64,000 bases of DNA. Source: an uncultured Gammaproteobacteria bacterium. Lineage in GTDB: Bacteria; Pseudomonadota; Gammaproteobacteria; JAJDYQ01. Position 1 is the stretch's first letter. The number at the start of each line of letters is the position of its first letter. The stretch covers positions 4,110 to 68,109 of the forward strand of contig CALODD010000035.1 of assembly GCA_942491945.1 (NCBI GenBank), in the 5' to 3' direction. Both the position numbers and the translations under genes were made by a program. A model generated the notes under the pieces. The model was given only the letters and a program-made list of their open reading frames with translations. It made no database searches and was not told where the DNA came from. Of the stretch, positions 60,588 through 64,000 are shown one piece after another.

Positions 60588-61200
60588 TACATCGCCTAAA
60601 TCGCCGGAAAGCAAACTACCAGACTGGCTGCAGCCGGGCTGGTTGCTAGGTGGTTTTTCACTCATATTCATCTTTGCACTGGCACTAAGTTACGACCTGA
60701 CTAAAGACCGTATTGCAGAACAGGAACGTATTCGCCTGCTCTCGCAGCTACAGCAACTACTTGTTGAAGGCACTTATGACAACGAACCGGAAAATGATGT
60801 GCATATCGATGAGTCAACTGGCCGAACCATTTATCGTGTTCGGAAAAATGCACAACCTGTTGCGGCATTGATCACCACAGTTGCACCGAATGGCTACAGC
60901 GGTTCGATTCATTTATTGGTCGGCATAAATATGAATGGTGAACTCCTTGGCGTTCGCGCTCTAAAACATCAGGAAACACCGGGCCTGGGCGATGCCATTG
61001 ATCTACGTAAATCTGACTGGGTTTTAAGCTTTAATGAAAAATCACTTTCAAACCCAGCGCCCAGGCAATGGGCCGTTAAGAAAGATGGAGGCGTGTTTGA
61101 CGCCTTCACTGGCGCAACCATTACACCTCGCGCTGTTGTCGGCGAAGTTAAAAACACGCTGGAATATTTTCAGCAACACCAACGGGAGCTATTTCAATGA
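60574..61200 (+). CDS. rnfG: electron transport complex subunit RnfG
   Basis: 208 aa with an FMN-binding domain (FDAFTGATITPRAV). Confidence 0.9.
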   Translation: MDTNNTSPKSPESKLPDWLQPGWLLGGFSLIFIFALALSYDLTKDRIAEQERIRLLSQLQQLLVEGTYDNEPENDVHIDESTGRTIYRVRKNAQPVAALITTVAPNGYSGSIHLLVGINMNGELLGVRALKHQETPGLGDAIDLRKSDWVLSFNEKSLSNPAPRQWAVKKDGGVFDAFTGATITPRAVVGEVKNTLEYFQQHQRELFQ

Positions 61201-61889
61201 GTACTCCAACGGTTAATGAAATTCTTTATCAGGGACTCTGGAAAAACAATCCTGGTCTAGTGCAGTTATTAGGCCTGTGCCCACTCCTGGCGATCAGTAA
61301 TACATTTATCAATGCACTCGGTATGGGTCTGGCGACGATTGCCGTACTGACCGCAAGCAACTTCGTCGTCGCCCTGTCTCGCCCTGTTCTACGCGAAGAA
61401 ATTCGTATCGCGATATTTGTACTGGTTATCGCCGGCTTTGTAGGCATCGTACAGCTAGTCATGCAAGCATGGTTTTATGATCTCTATACAATACTCGGTA
61501 TCTTCATCCCGCTGATTGTTACCAATTGCATCATCATTGGCCGCGCCGAAGCTTTCGCCTCACGCCAACCTCTATGGGCATCGACACTGGACGGCTTCAG
61601 CATGGGCCTGGGATTCATGCTAATCCTGATTACACTGGGTGCTATGCGAGAAATACTAGGCAGCGCCACACTATTTGCCGAAGCAGAGCTTATTTTCGGT
61701 GCCTGGGCTGCTGATATGAAAATCACATTTGGCGAAGACGCACGAGGCATTTTACTGTTCGCCCTACCGCCCGGCGCTTTTCTTGGATTAGGTTTACTGG
61801 TCGCCATCAAAAATGTAATTGATGAAAAAGCGAAGAAACCCAAAGCGGTGACTGTTGAATTAACTCAGCCTGCAATGACCGAATCCTAA
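61197..61889 (+). CDS. rnfE: electron transport complex subunit RnfE
   Basis: 230 aa. Contains GLWKNNPGLVQLLGLCPLLA. Confidence 0.92.
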   Translation: MSTPTVNEILYQGLWKNNPGLVQLLGLCPLLAISNTFINALGMGLATIAVLTASNFVVALSRPVLREEIRIAIFVLVIAGFVGIVQLVMQAWFYDLYTILGIFIPLIVTNCIIIGRAEAFASRQPLWASTLDGFSMGLGFMLILITLGAMREILGSATLFAEAELIFGAWAADMKITFGEDARGILLFALPPGAFLGLGLLVAIKNVIDEKAKKPKAVTVELTQPAMTES

Positions 61890-61895
61890 TTTTCC

Positions 61896-62038
61896 TGTCA
61901 CAGAGACACAGAGTGCGCAGAGATAGATTATTGTCATTCCGGCGTATGCCGGAATCCAGAATCCTCACAGCCAGCACGATCGTCCGACTAGACTCCGGCG
62001 ACACCAGATTTAACTCTGTGTCCTCCGTGTCTCTGTGG
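61896..62038. repeat. MITE/REP-like element between rnfE and nth
   Basis: Terminal inverted repeats CACAGAGACAC (61898..61908) and GTGTCTCTGTG (62026..62036). The central hairpin is CATTCCGGCGTATGCCGGAATC. Confidence 0.6.
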
Positions 62039-62337
62039 TGAAACAAACATGAATAAAACCAAACGACATGAAATATTCTCGCGCCTGAGAGACGCAAACC
62101 CTAATCCAACGACCGAACTCAAATACAGCAATCCATTTGAATTGTTGATATCCGTCATCCTGTCAGCACAGGCAACTGATGTTTCCGTCAACAAGGCAAC
62201 CGACAAGCTCTACCCTGTAGCCAACACACCGGAAGCCATTTATGAACTTGGTGTTGATGGACTCAAGACTTATATCAAAACCATCGGTCTGTTCAATAGT
62301 AAAGCTGAGAACGTCATCAAAACCTGCCGTATGTTGA

Positions 62338-62444
62338 TGGACAAACACAATAGCGAAATACCGGACAATCGAGCTGAGCTGGAAGCCTTACCGGGTGTCG
62401 GACGAAAAACAGCAAACTTCGTTTCGCTTTGTCACCCCACCATG
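62338..62444 (+). repeat. left copy of the direct repeat inside nth
   Basis: Shares TGGACAAACACAA, AGCGAAATACCGGACA, TCGAG, GCAAAC and a perfect GTCACCCCACCATG with 62693..62778. Confidence 0.8.
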
Positions 62445-62692
62445 CGGTGCCCAAAAAACACACGCCGACCCAACCAAACTCAACGTGCCATCAATATAAG
62501 TCTGGGGTCAAACCCAAGTTAAATATCAGAGATATCAACAATTCAAATAGGCGATGGGCCGCACCGTATTATCAGAAGAGACGGGGCCAGGTCACGGACG
62601 ACGCGGGACCGGAGCTCCCGAGCACACACCGGAAGAATGAACGGGGAGGACCAAGAATATCAAAAATCGGGCAGATAGCGAGAGGCCAAAGG

Positions 62693-62778
62693 TGGACAAA
62701 CACAAAGCGAAATACCGGACATCGAGGGCGGACGGTAGCAAACGTCGTTTTAAATACCGCCTTGGTCACCCCACCATG
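62693..62778 (+). repeat. right copy of the direct repeat inside nth
   Basis: See the left copy. This copy has deletions in its 5' part (for example, 26 nt of the GVGRK-coding stretch are missing). It becomes the faithful nth sequence from about 62744 onward. Confidence 0.8.
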
Positions 62779-63006
62779 GCGGTCGATACACATATCTTCC
62801 GTGTATCGAATCGCACTAAAATCGCACCCGGCAAAACCGTACTGGAAGTCGAAAAGAGATTAATCAAATTTATTCCTGGTGAATTTATGGTCAATGCACA
62901 CCATTGGCTCATCCTGCATGGCCGATACACCTGCATTGCACGCAAACCCAAATGCGCTGAATGTATCATTAACGACTTATGTGAATTTAAGGCTAAGGAA
63001 CTGTAA

Positions 63007-63432
63007 ATGTTCGGACAAGACCGTAATCAACTCCGTCGCTTCTACCAGACCTGCTGGCAGAAGTTCAAAGACGAACAACCTTTGGAAGGACTAGAAACCA
63101 TGATCGTCGGTGTGATTCAAGATCATCCCGAATATCACTCACTAATCGAATCAGGTGACGATGGTATCGCCAAAGACTACACCCCAGAAGATGGTGAAAC
63201 TAACCCCTACCTACACATGGGAATGCATATCTCTATTCGTGAAGGGCTGCAGGTCGACAGGCCCATGGGCATCAAAGCCGCTCATTCGGCACTTACTCTC
63301 AAACTAGGCGACCAACACGAAGCTGAACATAAGATGCAGGAATGTCTAGGACTGATCCTATGGGAAGCACAACGTTCAGGTGTTGCGCCGGATGAACAAC
63401 AATACCTGGAATGCGTCAAAAAACTACTTTAG
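63007..63432 (+). CDS. DUF1841-family protein
   Basis: 141 aa. MFGQDRNQLRRFYQTCWQK...HPEYH...NPYLHMGMH is a pattern recalled for DUF1841. Confidence 0.65.
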   Translation: MFGQDRNQLRRFYQTCWQKFKDEQPLEGLETMIVGVIQDHPEYHSLIESGDDGIAKDYTPEDGETNPYLHMGMHISIREGLQVDRPMGIKAAHSALTLKLGDQHEAEHKMQECLGLILWEAQRSGVAPDEQQYLECVKKLL

Positions 63433-63568
63433 GCGATACCAAAACACCAATCCAATCTCGCCTGATACTCAATTGATTGTAATCAGTAATAATAAAAAAC
63501 GTGATATATTTGCGCGCCTGAAACTGCATATTAATGCAGGTTACCTATCAATTCTGGAGTGAATATCT

Positions 63569-64000
63569 ATGTTAACCACTCGCCATCTGATTTTCAGTGC
63601 TTTCATCGTGTCGATGATGCTTGTTGCCCAGTCGGTCCTTTCTGCTTCAAATACCGACTCACGCAGCGGCGGCGGTATCATGAGTGTTGCGGGTTTTTAT
63701 GCGATGGGAATTACAACTCCAGGCGCAGCCTTTGATCCCACTGGCTCGGATACTTCAGGTGCTTCAAGTAGTGCTAGCGGTGTGTCCCCCAGTACTGTCA
63801 GCATTACTTCTTCCCCAAAAACTATTACCAGCAAAGATCCCATCAATATAGAAATAACCCTCAGTAACGTACCCATCTTCGAGAATATAGGAACACGAAA
63901 CCTCTCAGGAATCAGCGTTAAAAATGGTACCGCCACTAGCGCTACACCTGTATTCGGAGGAGCTAAAGGCAGTTTCCCTTTCAGAATATCTATAACACCA
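63569..64000 (+). CDS. secreted Ser/Thr/Gly-rich protein, 5' partial (runs off the window)
   Basis: GGAG lies about 10 nt upstream of the ATG at 63569. The signal peptide is MLTTRHLIFSAFIVSMMLVAQSVLSA. The frame is open to position 64000. It is absent from the track because no stop is reached. Confidence 0.6.
   Translation, partial: MLTTRHLIFSAFIVSMMLVAQSVLSASNTDSRSGGGIMSVAGFYAMGITTPGAAFDPTGSDTSGASSSASGVSPSTVSITSSPKTITSKDPINIEITLSNVPIFENIGTRNLSGISVKNGTATSATPVFGGAKGSFPFRISITP

Larger units (their letters stand above)
62049..63006 (+). pseudogene. nth: endonuclease III (nth), interrupted by a decayed internal tandem duplication
   Basis: Region 62049..62417 reads MNKTKRHEIFSRLRDANPNPTTELKYSNPFELLISVILSAQATDVSVNKAT...LPGVGRKTAN. 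Region 62764..63006, in a different frame, reads GHPTMAVDTHIFRV...HWLILHGRYTCIARKPKCAECIINDLCEFKAKEL. Both are close to E. coli Nth as I recall it. They are separated by about 330 nt. Confidence 0.85.

Noticed and set aside
62418-62743. A group I or group II intron in nth
   Set aside because: There are no GUGYG...AY boundaries, and the segment is too short for a group II intron. The inferred 5' exon end (GCAAAC) has no U unless the junction is shifted, which would give ANFVL. The insert is homologous to nth itself rather than to intron folds. This is not formally excluded without a covariance-model scan.
62338-62778. A diversity-generating retroelement (TR/VR pair) as the explanation for the nth direct repeats and base bias
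   Set aside because: The differences between the copies include indels and substitutions at all four bases, not at one base only. No reverse transcriptase gene is nearby.
62429-62863. A 144-aa very basic ORF running through the nth insertion in the third frame
   Set aside because: It has no SD. Its composition simply reflects the T-poor, purine-rich DNA, where few stop codons are possible. It also overlaps recognisable nth sequence in another frame.
1-64000. CRISPR arrays, tRNA, rRNA or tmRNA genes
   Set aside because: I saw no regularly spaced short repeats with unique spacers and no T-loop-type GGTTCGAATCC motifs in the intergenic regions. A tRNAscan or Infernal run would be needed to be certain.

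Overview
The window looks like a gammaproteobacterial chromosome segment, judged by gene content and order: rnfABCDGE-nth, parE/parC, epmA-efp/epmB, relA, recA and xseB-ispA-dxs. It is densely coding and mostly housekeeping. Other genes include sat (ATP sulfurylase), a SulP permease, DAHP synthase, psd, murB, thiL-pgpA-tag and folE2. I saw no rRNA, tRNA or CRISPR array. Five regions stand out. (1) nth, downstream of rnf, is interrupted by a decayed, T-depleted tandem copy of its own 3' end, while the outer halves stay pristine. (2) A type IV pilus minor-pilin locus (12.9-20.6 kb) has a last gene that fuses a PilV-type prepilin N-terminus to about 1,150 aa of adhesin-like sequence with three DUF11 repeats. 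No separate pilV or pilY1 is present. (3) recA has no canonical SOS box. A WYL-domain regulator is divergently transcribed from it, and three exact ATACTTTTTA repeats at 18-bp phasing overlap the predicted recA promoter. (4) A nested mobile-element insertion lies between a DUF1015 gene and parC: an IS4-family element with roughly 200-bp terminal inverted repeats, hit by an IS481-family element. (5) Several otherwise conserved genes carry single lesions, namely a DUF3565 frameshift, an in-frame TAA in a 5'-nucleotidase, a frameshifted IS481 transposase and the split nth. This suggests either gene erosion or assembly errors. All family assignments come from reading motifs by eye and recalling known families. 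No database search was run.
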